Shown: positions 26,763-40,687 of the stretch, one piece after another
Layout: each line of letters opens with the position of its first letter
Position numbering within the stretch: position 1 is the stretch's first letter
Assembly: GCA_038087875.1 (NCBI GenBank)
Contig: CM075989.1
Span: 23,066,001 to 23,130,000 of the forward strand
Direction: 5' to 3'
Length of the DNA stretch: 64,000 nt
Origin: Malacoraja senta
Lineage: Eukaryota
The notes under the pieces: model-generated
Database searches by the model: none
The model's input: the letters and a program-made list of their open reading frames with translations, nothing else
What the model was told of the DNA's origin: nothing
Position numbers and translations under genes: made by a program

Positions 26763-29457
26763 TACAAATAATGGCAACTTCCAAACAGGGAATACAACAG
26801 CAATTGTGACTTATTTTATCTTCTGTATTGCAGCCACCAAATAAGGACTCAAACACAAAAACTATGTTTTTTCATGAACTTAAATGAATCATAAATTAAT
26901 TAATAAATATTGAAGATCTAGTTATTATGTCATGACAAGTCCACATATTGTGGTGGTATTAACATAACAATGAACATGGTTGTTCTTATGAAATTAACAG
27001 AAATTTCAGGATTTGCTCAAATTCCAGGATTTACAGAAAATCCTTCGGCCGATATCAGCATTTCCGAGATAAATTATTTGCAAGACATTACATGAAATCA
27101 CATTTAATTTATTTATTAATTTCAGAAAACATTATTATTTCATTGTAAAAATAATAAATAATTATGATTGCCATGCAAAGTGTCTCTGATTCTCTTTGGT
27201 TTGTGTGAAGGAGGACATACTTGCTAGTACTGCAGCTCAGCACTTGACCCTGTTCAGCAACTGCACTTGTTATGAATGTCACTACAAACATATTCGCAGA
27301 CCACAGTTTATTTGAAACTCGGTTCATCTCAGAATTTGGAATAATTAAATAATTACTTAATATTTTGAAATAAAATCCGCTTTTTTAAAAATCATAAAAA
27401 TATGAAAAATAATAAATTTACAAACTAGCCATTCAGTAATTACCCTGAAAATTGTTTGGTAGGCAAGGCCTGAGCGAAATGATTATGCGAAGCTATTTCT
27501 TTAAAAATACAATAATGGTGTGTTATGTGAAAAAGCTGGTCCAGGAACAGTAATTGTCTATGAGCACATTTTATTCCAAATGTCATTATCTCACAAATAT
27601 GTGGGAATTTGAAATATGCTTTACATGGTTCGTGGTATTTAAGCTCCTACTTCTATTGCATACTTTTCAGATATTTAAAACACTAGCAAAAATTCTGCCC
27701 TTTTATGCCATTATGTTCAAATGTACGGGATTTCTGAAACTAAAAGCAAGTTGCACACAATTTGCTGCTCAGTTTTATAGTTGGAAACCTGCCTGTTTAT
27801 TTCATAGTCAGCAACCTATTTTTGGCACACCTGTTAGTTTTAAGAAGTTACTTGATTTGCACAAAATGTTACAGAAAAGTTAATTATGGTAACTAATAGC
27901 AAAGGTATCCCACTGAAAATGTAATAATTGTAAGTTGCTGTCGACTGATCCCTCTATTCAAAAAGAGAATATAACAGAATTATTAAAACAAAAGTGGCAG
28001 CTATTTGGTCCACACAATCTATGCTAGCTCTTGGTAGAGCAATCCCATTACCCCACTCATTCATGATGAGAGTTCCAGAGAGAGATACAGCTATTGAGAA
28101 ATTGAGATATACAATGTGACTTTTCATCTGATGTTAACTTTGTCTACAGATGGCCAGATTTTAATTGGAGCATGTAAACAGATATTTTCTTTATTTTTAA
28201 ACTGAATTCTAGCTGTCCTGGCTGTATTTGTATGGATAGCATTTTGGGGTTAGGATTACTTTACTTCACAGAGGTAACTACATTCTGTATCAAACGGACC
28301 TAGTACTGTATGGTCCTGTGTCTTAGTATTACCTACTGTAAATGGCAATATACACGAGCATAGAAACTGAGTTAGGCGAAACGGTGAGGATGGGAGAGAG
28401 GGGGGGGGGGAACAGGGGTGGAGTGGGAACAACAGAGGAAAGATAGAGAGGCTGCTTGGGGTAGGAGAGAAAGGATGGCCAGAGGTAGAGTAGAAAATTA
28501 AATGAAACATAAGACAAGTGAAAACTGGGATTGTGTCATGAAGCAGTGTATGGAAAGTTGTAATCAATGTCTAACTTTACATTACCTGCACTGACAATGT
28601 TTGATGAAACAACATAGAAAGCACTTTACTCTGCCTTGAGTTTATTCTGTACTGCATTTGAAACAATAATGAAAAAAGGGCTTTATTTTTCAACTAACAT
28701 ATCTTGGAAATATTTAATGAGACGGTACAGAAAACATTTTGTTTATAACATTATTCAGAAGATGTAAAGATGTGACATTAGGTTAGGGAGGGTGAATCTG
28801 TTTTAAATGTCCTAGTGCTGTAACATTACCAAATGGCAACAATGAGCAACATTAATAGTGACAATGCTGTACCTTAAATGGAGAAGTAAACTAAATATTT
28901 CAAACTGACTATTGTTCCACTGAGGGCAGCAGACAGGAACACAGAAGACTACAGGTACTGGATTCTGGAGCAAAAATAGTGATCCGTTGGAAGAACTCAA
29001 CAGGTCAGGCAGAATCTGTGGAAATAAATTGATAGTCGACGATCGGATCGGGACCCTTCATCTGGACCAGTCCACTGATGCTGCCTGACCTGCTGAATTC
29101 CTCCAGCAGCTCTCCCATTTTTGCACATAGGCAGTTTCATATGTCTTCTTACACTCAAGATCTCTTCAAACTTGTAGGTAGGTCTAAGTTTTAAATTAAG
29201 TCACAGAACAAAATATTTATTCCAGCTCCAACCTGAAAATTCAGTTCATCGTGTGCCAATGATTTAACTGTTCAAATTGCAAAACATGCCATGCATGCAG
29301 GGGTGAGAAGTAACATGCATTACATAATACAAGTACAAAGGTTGACAAACATACACAAAGCTAGTGGGTTATGCCAAGCAAGTTAAAATCCAACATGATC
29401 AATGTTTTATGAATGCTTTTTACACACTCTGAGTTTGGATGATCAAAAGTACACTTA

Positions 29458-29668
29458 AGGGCCTGTCCCACTTGGGCGTCATTTGCGCGTCATTTACGCA
29501 TCATGACGCGCACGTGATGCTCGCATGGTGCGCATTACGCACGCATGGTGCATGGTGATGTAGGCAGTGACGCGGGGTCACGCACGGCGCCCCAGGATTT
29601 TGGGATGTACAAAATCTTCGAGCGCCATCTGCATGACGCGCAAATGACGCCCAAGTGGGACAGGCCCT
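29458..29668. mobile_element. PIF/Harbinger-type MITE, 211 bp
   Basis: Perfect 36-bp TIR AGGGCCTGTCCCACTTGGGCGTCATTTGCGCGTCAT; TTA TSD at 29455-29457 and 29669-29671. Confidence 0.9.
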
Positions 29669-31332
29669 TTAGTGCCTTCAGCAATATACCAGAGCTTCAC
29701 TAATTATTCAATTCCTTCCAGGTGCAAGGCAAAGATTTTCTAAAGGTCTACAGCATACATGAACAATATTGCAGATCAAGATTTTCTGTAAATGTAAATG
29801 TAATTCTTTACTGATTTTGTCAGAGAATATAAATTTTCTGTGATATCTGCCTAAGACATAAGTACAGCAATGAAAGACTACACACAGAATAGATCTATTT
29901 TATCTTGTAATAACATATCTATACCACCTCATTAATAAGTATATAATTTAACAGACAATTACACTTTGATCTTATTTAAAGTAATAACATAAATGAGCGT
30001 GAGGCATGTGCACTAAAGTGCTCGAGGCACAGTTGCACAACTAAAGGGTGCAGAGAATCAACAAGGCAAACTCACTACATACAGTTGCTTCAGGCAGGCT
30101 CTGCTGAATACTGACATCAATTCCAAACACAGAACCAGTACTGGCACAATCCATCCCTTTGTAAACTTTTATAATAAGATTATTTAATAAGCTTTTATAA
30201 ACTTCCAGGCATTCCCCTTCCATAAATATGAACCAACAGGCTCCCCTTGCAAGTGGGAAAATGTAAAAAGATGCAAGGTGAGAGAATTAATGACAACTGC
30301 CTTAGTGTATCCTGTGTCAAGTTAATTAGTCTCTGCTATTAATGGTCTGTTATGAAATTCAATGAATGAACATTTGGCAGCAATATATTACCGTCAAATT
30401 CATTCATTTTTTGAAGAATGAAGTGAATTCTATGTGAACTACCAGTACTTAAACTCTAAAATATGGCAGTATGTTATGAAAACAGAAATTATTTACATTC
30501 CCAAAAGTGAATTTATTATTAACTAATAAGAAATGAGTTAACATACTCCAGATTTGCAGAATCAATTGCAACATAGTCTTTTTTGTCTGCACAGGCCTGA
30601 AAGTTTTTTTTCCAAATGGAGTTAATTTGGCTGCCTCAAGCAAGTTCTCTTAAACTTTCTGGCATGCAGATACCGGAAATGGAAGATGTTGAAGGGAGAG
30701 CTCAAAATGGATAAGATATTGAAAATCATTGGTTTGATGGGTTTGTAGGCACTGTATTGTAATAAAATTAAGTATAATCTCACATGACCAAGATTTTTGA
30801 GGATTTCCTTTGTATTAAAACAGAAATTTGGTAAGCATATTTAATCACGGTCATATTTGCATCCATTATTAAAATTATTAAATCATTATTTTTTTATATC
30901 ACACTTTACTCTTAAAGATGACCAATTCAGACTTTGGAGCTCTGAGCTATACAAGCTTTGTTGATCAGCTATGTTGTCTTCATTTCTTTCCAAAGTCTTG
31001 TCCCTGCCTTTTTAAAAAGTTATCAAAATCATTACATTGTGTACACTGATACATTTGTACAGCTGCAATATATATAACTACTTTTCGGATTACAACCACC
31101 ATTGGGCTATTAAACACTACAACCTCCAAATAAGCTCTGAACTACATAGATTTGGGGGGCCATTGTTTTTGGCTTTGCACTATTACTGTTTGTTCATTTA
31201 AAAAAAATATATTGAACGTTTTTGCTGTTTATTGGTGTTTACAGAGTACTATGTTTGCATATTTGTTGTGCTACTGCAAGTCAGAATTTAATTGTTCCGT
31301 TTTAGAACAATAAAACATTCTTGATGACTTTT

Positions 31333-31787
31333 TTTTTTTTTTTTTTTAATATTTTTATTTTATTAGAAGTACAATTGTATACAATAATACCTTTTATGTA
31401 CAGCTTCTTATTTAAAAATTTTTTTGAAATAAAGAAGAAAAAGAAAAAAGTTAGATAATGAAAAATAGAAAAATGTGAGATATATAGTGTGTGAAAAAGA
31501 AAAATAAAGAATGAAATAAGAAAGTTGAGACATAGAAAATAGAAGAAAGAGAATAAATGAAAAGAAAAGAAGAAAAGAAAATAGAAGGAGATCATTTATA
31601 ATCTTGACCATCCGCAGTCACGGATTAGCTTTTACACCTGTTTTGCACCATACGTTTCCAAAAAGACGACAAATGGAGACCAACTCGTTATGAATTGGTC
31701 AAATTTATCTATTAGGAGGAATCGCATTTCCTCAAGATGTGCGGTATCCAACATACTTGCAATCCACATTTTGAGCGTTGGTATTGG
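31333..31787 (-). mobile_element. 5'-truncated L1, second subfamily
   Basis: PolyT at 31329 onward; encodes PIPTLKMWIASMLDTAHLEEMRFLL...WSPF, homologous to the ORF2 C-terminus; TSD TTCTTGATGACTTTT at 31318-31332 and 31788-31802; canonical TT/AAAA target. Confidence 0.92.
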
Positions 31788-31806
31788 TTCTTGATGACTT
31801 TTAACA

Positions 31807-32011
31807 GAAGATAGACACAAAAAGCTGGAGTAACTAAGCTGGACAGGCAGCATCTCTGGAGAAAAAGGAATGGGTGACGTTTCGGGTCGAGAGACGGGTC
31901 ATACCAAAATGTCACCAATTCCTTCTATCCAGAGATGCTGTCTGCCCAGCTGAGTTACTCCCGCTTTTTGTGCCGATCATCGGTGTAAACCAGCATCTGC
32001 AGTTCCTCCTA
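31807..32011. mobile_element. Palindromic PLE-derived insertion between two truncated L1s
   Basis: Same family, inverted arms, 3' tail AAACCAGCATCTGCAGTTCC. Confidence 0.75.
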
Positions 32012-32025
32012 CAGACTTGACTTTT

Positions 32026-32923
32026 TATTTTTTTATTTTTTTTTATTTAAATTTTTATTAGAGGTATCTGCATAGTCCAAACCAATACAAACTTTGTTTA
32101 ACGATAACATATTAAATATCCAGGATTCCGGGGATCCAGTTACCAAAGTAGCTGGGGTCCTCCTTTATCGGTTACATATTAACATTACCTCTAATTATTT
32201 ATTTATGTTTATAGATAAGAAAAATAAAGAAATAAAGAGAAGAAATTAGAAAAATAAGATAAACTATCAATAATACAACTTAGGAGATAGGTCCGCAGGT
32301 CAGAAAACATAACTATTCATCTAGTCCTGGGTTCAGGTTTCAGTTAGGCCTCCGTGCCGGCCGAGTCTACCCCTTCAAATAATCTATAAATGGAGACCAT
32401 ATTTTAATAAATAATTCTGGTTTGTCAATTAAGACATATCTAATTTTTTCCAAATGTAAGGTCTCCGACATCTCCATAATCCACATCTTAATTGTGGGGG
32501 TTGCAGGATTTTTCCAATATTAATTTTTTCCCAATTATTATACTGTAAACAAGGAAATTTCTTTGGTTTGTTGTAAGTTTTAGGTATTGTTCTGATATGC
32601 CCAATATTATTAATTTAGGATCGGGATCCAGTTGAGTATTAACAACTACAGAGATTATTTTTAAAATATCCATCCAGTAATTTTTAATTTTTATACAATT
32701 TACAAAAGTATGGGTTAAATTAGCCGCCGAGTATTGGCATTTATCACAGATAGGAGAGATATTAGGAAAGATTCTATTTAATTTTGTTTTAGAATAATGC
32801 AGTCTATCGAGTACTTTAAATTGTATTAAAGAATGTCTGGTATTTAATGAGCATTGATGTATATGTTGTAGATTTTCATCCCAAATATCTTTTGTTATGG
32901 GTTGGGCTAATTCCTTCCCAACC
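32026..32923 (-). mobile_element. 5'-truncated, decayed L1, third subfamily
   Basis: T-rich tail; ORF2 C-terminal homology (..IILGISE...IIIGKKLIL); TSD CAGACTTGACTTTT at 32012-32025 and 32924-32937. Confidence 0.9.
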
Positions 32924-33699
32924 CAGACTTGACTTTTGACAGACTAGATGTCAGGAACCTGGTTATATGTAATAAAAGGTCAATAAGTAACTTGCCCACA
33001 TTATGGTTCTGGTATTTTTTTCACAATGTAATTTAATTAGGCTGCCATTGCCTCTTCATAAGTTGAAAATGTAAGACATTAATCATAATCAATCACATTC
33101 AGCACAATCAATGTGCTACCTTTAAAGTTGTTAAAGATCTTGAGTCAGTGTTTTCCACAATTCTGAAATCTTCCAAAGATCTTCTTAAATTTGATGCATC
33201 CTTCAGCCTTACATCCAAACTCTTGTAACCATCATGTTCATGTTCCTTTCTGGTCACCACTACGATCCATACTTTCAGTCTTGCATGTTTTGGATAACCC
33301 TCTATAAAGGTATTAATCTGCCCGAGTCATGTTGTTTGTTTTTTCTCCTCATTTGTCCCCTCTGGGAGTGAAGGACATGCCCAGACTGACCTGTCTAGCA
33401 GGTCTTTCAGCTCTGCATTTTGCAACTACATACTACCAGCCTGCTCAATCTCTCCATTTAGCTCAGACCCTCAACTCCTGGCAACATCCATGTATGTCTT
33501 CTCTGCACGCTTTCTACATAGAGGATGTCTTCAAATCGTTGCAAGGGTGGGAAAGTGTATTCAAGTTTTCAAGTATTCAAGTTTTATCAAATGATCAAAA
33601 CTCTTAACAACGCCAATTGAATGTTGGTCACAACAAAAAACAATAACCCCCAAAATGTTTTGCAGCATCCTGAAAAGCGCTATATAAATAAAATGTATT

Positions 33700-34420
33700 A
33701 TTATTATTATACAAGGAATTTGATTTGCCATACAGTCATACCAATAAAAAGAAACAAAACACACAAAATACATTTTAACAAACATCCACCACAGTGACTC
33801 CTCCACATTCCTCACTGTAATGGGAGGTGGAAAAAAAGTTCAATCTCTTCCCCTCTGTTCTCCCGCAGTCGGGGGCCTCGAGCCTTCCGTTGTTGGGGCG
33901 ATATCGGCTTCGGTAGCCGGTGGTCGGGCCCTCCGTGTTGGGGTGATCAAGCTCCCGCATCGGGGGGGATCTTAGCTCCCCCGCGCCAGGCGATCGGACC
34001 CCGGGTCGGGGCTAGTCGAACCTCCTGCGGCTTTGGTGCTTCCCGACATCCAGTCTCTATCCGAGACTGCGAGCTCCTCGATGCTGAAATCCGCAGGCCG
34101 CTGTTGGAGCGTCGATCCCAGGCTCTGATGGTAAGTCCACGGCGCCGCGGTGGGGGCTCAAGTCAGTCTCCAGCAAGGCCTCCAGCTCCATGATGTTATG
34201 CCGCAGAGCGACCGGAGATACGATCCGGAAAACAATTGCATCTCCGGCAAGGTAAGAGATTGCAAAAAGTTTCCCTCGGCCCTCTCCCCTACCCCCCACA
34301 TAAAACAAACCAGAGAACATTAACAGAAACTTTATAAAGCACACTAAAAATAACAAAAAAGACGAAAAGACAGACAGGCCGTTGGCGAGGCTGCCATCGC
34401 TGACGGCGCCACCAGGTGGA
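33700..34420 (-). mobile_element. Unclassified CpG-rich interspersed repeat
   Basis: Abrupt GC/CpG-rich block in an AT-rich intron, with a LINE-like 3' tail; no recognisable protein. Confidence 0.5.
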
Positions 34421-35855
34421 TGAGATTGTTCCAAAATATGTTTAAAAACTTAAAAATAGAGTTTTCAATGTGTCTAGATTGTTAAAGTTTAGTTAACAGG
34501 GTAGCAGGGTTAAGTTCCATGAGTAATTCTGTTGAATAAGAACCTGGGCAAGTGCCAGTAATTCAGGTAGAAAGCTGGTCTGCCAGCTTACAGCTACTTC
34601 CATGACAGTGGCTGTTTCATAAATCTACTCAAATAAGGGCTGCAGGTTTAACAAAACTGCTGTGAAAATGCAGAAGTGCAGAATTTAATATTTCATTTGT
34701 ATTACAATGATCCTGGCCTCTGTGAATTTAAAGCAATTTTGGAGCACAATGCCTTATGATGGGGTAGGATGAGGTTAAATGATCCAAAAAGAGCATAATG
34801 GTTTCATACTTTTCATCTGATAGCTAACAATTTAAAATTGTTGGACTCTTCCTCAGTAACTGCAGATGTTATTGCATTGTGATTTATTTCATTTCCAATG
34901 CACGACTCCAGGTGGTAATCTCACCTGAAGTCACCCCCAAAAATTTAAGTTAGCCTGGGAGGTTGATATCAAGATCAAAGACTATGCCTACCATTGGAGC
35001 CAACAGGAAAGTTGCCAAAAAAGATGGGCCTAAAAATTCTGGTACACCCACATGGTATGGGTGTGTCTAGCCAATGGTTATTTCCGTCATAAATCTGCCA
35101 TCGCAAGCTTCTGTACGGCCCAAAGCTCAAGGCATCATTGGTATTTAAAAGGAATTTCATATTTGCTATTGTTCAAAGTGTGCAAACCAGTCTCAAAGGG
35201 ACCCAATGACCCAGGGTGGGAAGGGAGGGAGTGAGGGCCAATGACCAGAGGTCTAATTGGTGCCATGGAATGTTTTGCTCAACAGATTAAGTGACTGAGG
35301 GAGGGAATGATTGTGAAAGGAATTTTACAAGCCAGATCCAGGGCCAGGAGGGAGTCATTGTGGTGTCAGTTGAGTTTAGGTGTGGATCTGAAAATAAGAT
35401 CGTAACTTGTAAATGAAGGATCAGCAAGGACCTAGTGGTGGAGTGATAGAGAAGAATAAGAGCAGCAAATCTATGCTTATCATCTGGGTCAGGATCCAGA
35501 ATAGGATTCGGGTCAGCAATGCTGAGGAAAAAGGGATAACAATAAAAATTCCAAGAATCACTGAGCAAGTCGGACAGCATCAATTGAGAGAAACAGAGCT
35601 ATCACTTCAGGTTAATGACTTTTCATCAGAAAGAAGTGGCTCATCGGAGACTGGTCCCAGTTCAGCAATGTAGAAACAAAAAACTGCAGATGCTGGTTAA
35701 TACACAAAAGGATACAAAGTGCTGGAGTAAATCAGCAAGTCAGGCAGCATCACCAGATAACATGGATAGGTGACATTTCGGGTCGAGACCCTACTTCAGA
35801 CTTCAGCCTTTTTCTATGGGAAGGTGTCCTCTCCAGTTTAACGGATGTTGACCTT

Positions 35856-36121
35856 AAACGTCACCTACCCATTTTCTCCAGAGATGCTGCCTGACCCGCT
35901 GAGTTACTCCAGCACTCAGTGAAACGTCACCCATCCATGTTCTCCAGAGATGCTGCCTGACCCGCTGAGTTACTCCAGCACTCACTGAAACGTCACCCAT
36001 CCATGTTCTCCAGAGATGCTGCCTGACCCGCTGAGTTACTCCAGCACTCTGTGCAATGTCACCTACCCATGTTCTCCAGAGATGCTGCCTGACCCGCTGA
36101 GTTACTCCAGAACTTTGTGTC
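35856..36121 (+). repeat. Tandem array, 4 x 66 bp, of the PLE terminal-repeat segment
   Basis: Units start at 35856, 35922, 35988 and 36054 ((G)AAACGTCACC...GAGTTACTCCAGCACT); an inverted copy lies at about 35672-35802. Confidence 0.9.
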
Positions 36122-37441
36122 CCAGTCAAGCATTGTGTGTGAAGGCTTATTTGTATAAGTACACACAATGAACACTCCCAGGAAAACTTTCCTCCACAAT
36201 GCTTCAAAATGTTTGTAAGTTTTGGTCATGATAACATCCCATCAGTGACCGACATGAAAGTGCAATAATGACGAAGGGAAATGAAGCAACCTACTAATAT
36301 ATGTGCAAAACTGATTAGAAGGTTGGAGATACAATGTAGACATTAAAGCTTTGTATTTCAATTGACAGAATATTCGAGATCAAGATGCAATGCCTACATT
36401 TAGTTTAGGCTCATTCTGGAGGCAAATGGTAAACAGAAATTTCAAATGGTTTTCTCTCATCTCACAAACACACACAAGCAAACAAAAAAACACTCAAGGC
36501 ACAATCAATTAAAGATTTCTAAACTCTGGTTGATATTTGTTGTTAGTTAAAGAAGACAGATAGATGGGAGTTCAGGTACAGGTTAACTAGTTATTTTGAT
36601 GGTTTACATATTGAATATTCTTTGACTATAATCATAAATTTAAATAAAGTTAATAACTAACTTGGCAAACTGACCAAATGCAAATGAATTATATTCCTAC
36701 TAAGAGTTTCCCAAATATATTTATACACATATTTTTCTACTCTGTGGTTATCTAACAGGACAGGGACTATTCTGCCACAAGTCTATCAGCCGCAATGACA
36801 ATTTTGCATAAAGCGGTGAGGTAAAAGAAATGAAGTGTTCAACATACATCGATTCAGATTGAATTTCACCAATAGGAATTTTTATTTTCTTCTCTGAACT
36901 CACTTTATTCCCAATGCTGCTATCTCTACTTGATTTCCTATGCACTACAATAACTTGTTTATACCTCATCTCAGAACCATTCTAATTTCTGACCATCAGA
37001 CTTGTTACAAGTACAGCAATACCCTTGGCATCAAAATCAACGAATCAAAATCTCAGCTGCTTTTTTAAATTCAGAATTATATTTAATATCATAGGGCACT
37101 GAAATTAAAATATGATTTGGAGAAGTTCTCCAATGCCCTGTGCAGCTTTTCTTTCTCAGCCAACATCATCAAACGCAAATTACCTGGCTACCCATTTGTA
37201 AAATATTTGTGGTGCAAACTGGCAGCTGAATTTGCCTATTGTAAAAACACATAATTCAAAGTAATTAATTCCGTGTTGATGGTTTGGGATGCCCGTCATG
37301 ATTGGTCTTACATTATATCATGCTGATATTACGTACAAACAGAATTAAATGTGCAACTTTCCCATCAGAAAATTCACCAAAATTAGCACATTTAAAAAGC
37401 TGAAGAGTTAACTGAAGAAAATATTTAAAGATGGTACTTAC

Positions 37442-37489
37442 TCCCTGTTTTCCTTGAAAGCAGATGACAGGTTGATTTGGTAAGGAAGC
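37442..37489 (-). CDS. ELL2-like: ELL-family coding exon 2 (ASLPNQPVICFQGKQG), 48 nt
   Basis: ttctttcctag acceptor and gtaagt donor; 16 codons resembling ELL exon 2 (P.I.FQG..G); phase 0/0 fits both neighbours. Confidence 0.9.
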
Positions 37490-40400
37490 CTAGGAAAGAA
37501 AGTAACTTTTAGTTTTAAAGAATCCAAGTTTTTAAAAGAGTTGTACAACATGATAGGAGAACCTTCGGTCAACTTTCCCCAAAATGATAGGTTAAATTTA
37601 TCTTTGTAGGTTTGAACAATTACAATGTTTCACCTTCAAAATGCTATCAGAATTACACGCAGCCATGGATAATGTCTAAGAGAAGACTGAAATAGATTGG
37701 TCATAGTGGCATTTATGTTAAATGCTTTCTGTACGTATGTACCAAAGATACGTACTAGAAAACATACTTCAATGGTTCTGAGTTTATGGATGAATTATTA
37801 AATCAAGGTTCTACCTGCCTGTTAAATTCTTGTTCAACATTCCTATCTCAATTCACATCATAAAAAGATTCAACTTTCATTCATCTCATAGCAATCTGGA
37901 TGCCCTATATCTTACCAACTTCCAAAATAAATGCTTATTCCTGTGAAATGCTTGAGATATTTTGTTAGAAAAATATTAAATTCCTATTCTAAATTCCATT
38001 TTTAATGTGCAGAACAGATTACTTATTCAATGGATAGTATGTATTTCTCTCCCAGACCAATGCAAGGAAAACTAAAACTCATTAATAAACGAAAATATTT
38101 TTCTGTAATCTTAAAGTCCATTGGGCAACTTTACCACCACAAAATGTAGAATTAATTTTCGTCTCCTCTATTTAAAGATTACAACGGAAATCTGAAAAAT
38201 AAAATTTGAGCCCTTAGCTGCAAAACACATCCAAACTAAATATTTCAATGTGAACTCTCTTAGATCCTTTGCACGTGCCATTTGTTACGAGTACCCAATA
38301 TTCTGAACTTCCCATGTGTATAGCTATGATTGATTACAGTGTAAGCTAATCTGAAGAACTGTTTCCATTTTACTGAGGCAAAATTCACGAGCAAACATCA
38401 AGCAAATATTTTTTACGGCTAAAAGCAGAGTGCAACAAGGCAACTGTATTTCTGAGTGAAATCCTGCATAATGCACAATTAGACCTATTTCAGGTCAAAT
38501 AGCATATGACGAAAAAGCTGAAATTCCAAATGTTTCTCTACATATGACTTTGGCCAACAACCAACAGCAAATAGTGTAACAAGTCTTCACTGACGCTCAG
38601 AGTAATTTTATTACACAACATAAATATTGAGCCACAAAATTTACAGTTTATACAGCAATAATTAAAATTCACCTCAGAATTTGTGTACTAGAAAATAAAA
38701 AACAAAGCCTGGATTACTGCCATTTGATCTTTTGATCTGTAATAACTGATTTACTAAACAAAATAGAAGTCTAAAAACAAACACAGAATCAGATATATTT
38801 ACGATGTTCCTCCAGTTGAAAAGCCAATTTACCTTCAGTCTCCATTTAAATATGCCACGGAATTAAGATTGTAAATAAAAGGGCAATTTTCTCAGATAAC
38901 AATAGTTGCTAAAAATTTACATAAATATTGAGAATGCAGGTGAGTTCAATATTTAACAGTTAAAATTGGAGCCAAGTGAAAATTCATAACCACATCACAG
39001 ATCCCGACTACTAAATGAATCATTTTACCAAAAACAATTGTCCTAATTTTTTTCTTTCATTCTATTTGATTCATTAGAAACTGTGAACTTCTTTAACTCA
39101 AAATAAGCAAACTTTCGGTTTGGAGGAGAGGATAGAGAAGTTCGAAAGCATCAACTAAACATTCCGTTTCACCAACATTTTCGAACACTGGGTGAATCTG
39201 GCAGTCTTTCTATACTGAAACCTGCTTTATCCCAATTTGTGGCACAACTCCTGAAGTTTTAGGTGTGCAATGTGTATTATCCTGGTGAAAAGATTTCACG
39301 GTGAAAATTTAATTTAATTAGGAACATGCAGAAATAATTAAAGATAATTGAGCAAGCCAATTATATCCTAGTTTTTTAATGCAAGCACAATTTTCACATC
39401 AACACAGATTTGTGCTCTGAATAAAAACCAGAATCAACATGAAATCAGTGGTAAATAAAAACAGAAAACACTAACTCAGTGGGTCAGGCAGTATCTTTAT
39501 CCATCTATGCCACCTGAGCCGACGGGTGTTTCCACCACTTTCTGTTTTTACTTTGGATTTCCACCATCTGTGTTTTCATTTTTATTTTCACTGAATCAAG
39601 TTATTTCGTTAACCGAGCCAGCGTTGCTACAAAAATACTTTTCTTTTTAAAATCAAGACCTATTTATATGGCACGCTTATTTTTGTGTACTTTTTATGCT
39701 GTTGCCCTGAAAGTAATGCTCCCTTAACTGTACCACACCATCGTTCTAAAATTAGTGCTCCATGTCTGAATCACAATGGTAAAGAGCAGATTTCAATGGT
39801 AAATAGCACAATGATAAATATCAGAGGGACACTGGATGGACGTGCTCAAAAATAAGGGAAGCATTTTTGGCTCAATGTTCTCAGCTTACATGCCTGTATA
39901 TTTCCAATATGGATGATTTTTTTCCTTTTACATTTTTCCTTTTAAATTGCTCTTTTTCCTTGAGAGCAATAGCAGTCTTGTTCAAGAAACCATGAAGGAG
40001 ATGAATTGAATCACTTTTGAATGTGTTCCTAACTATCTCTGGATAATCTATCAATGGTCTTTACCAGCTGAAGCAAATGATAACTCTGTTACAGTTTAAA
40101 AGCACAGCCAAGGAAATCTCACTAAGGGGAGCCGTTATGAACAAATAGAAAATTCCAATTACAATGTAAATGACGGCACTTCAGATAGAAATGTGAAAGC
40201 ATATTGTTTAAATTAAACATTAAATCATTTGAAAACATAATCATAAAATTGTCAGATAGATCTTTTAACAAACATGGACTTGATCAATATCAGCAGTCAT
40301 TTGGACACATGTGAATTGATTAGGGAAGGCAGAATTTGTTTGTTAAAGATAAACTTAAATAATGAGAATTTTTTTTTGTTGAGATAACCACGAGGAAAAT

Positions 40401-40687
40401 CCAGTTGATGTTTTACACATGTATTTCACCGAAGTGTCACATCAAGATTGAACCCCATGCAATACAAAGTGAGGTGGCAATATGGATAAAAGCTTTTCCC
40501 CTCTAACCTTAAAGCTATGTGCCCTTCAGTGTTTTATCTTTCCACATGGCAAAAAGGCTCTAACTGTCCACACTATCTCTGCCTCTCATGATCTCATAAA
40601 CTTCCATCAGGTCTGTCCTCATTCCTCCAACACTCCAGAAAGCATCCACATCATTCCTGTAATGGGTTGACCAGAACGGGCACATTA

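Noticed and set aside
27205..27245. Apparent peptide similarity (SCSTSKYVLL) to the ORF over exon 3
   Set aside because: Short, in a non-coding frame, weak at the DNA level; chance.
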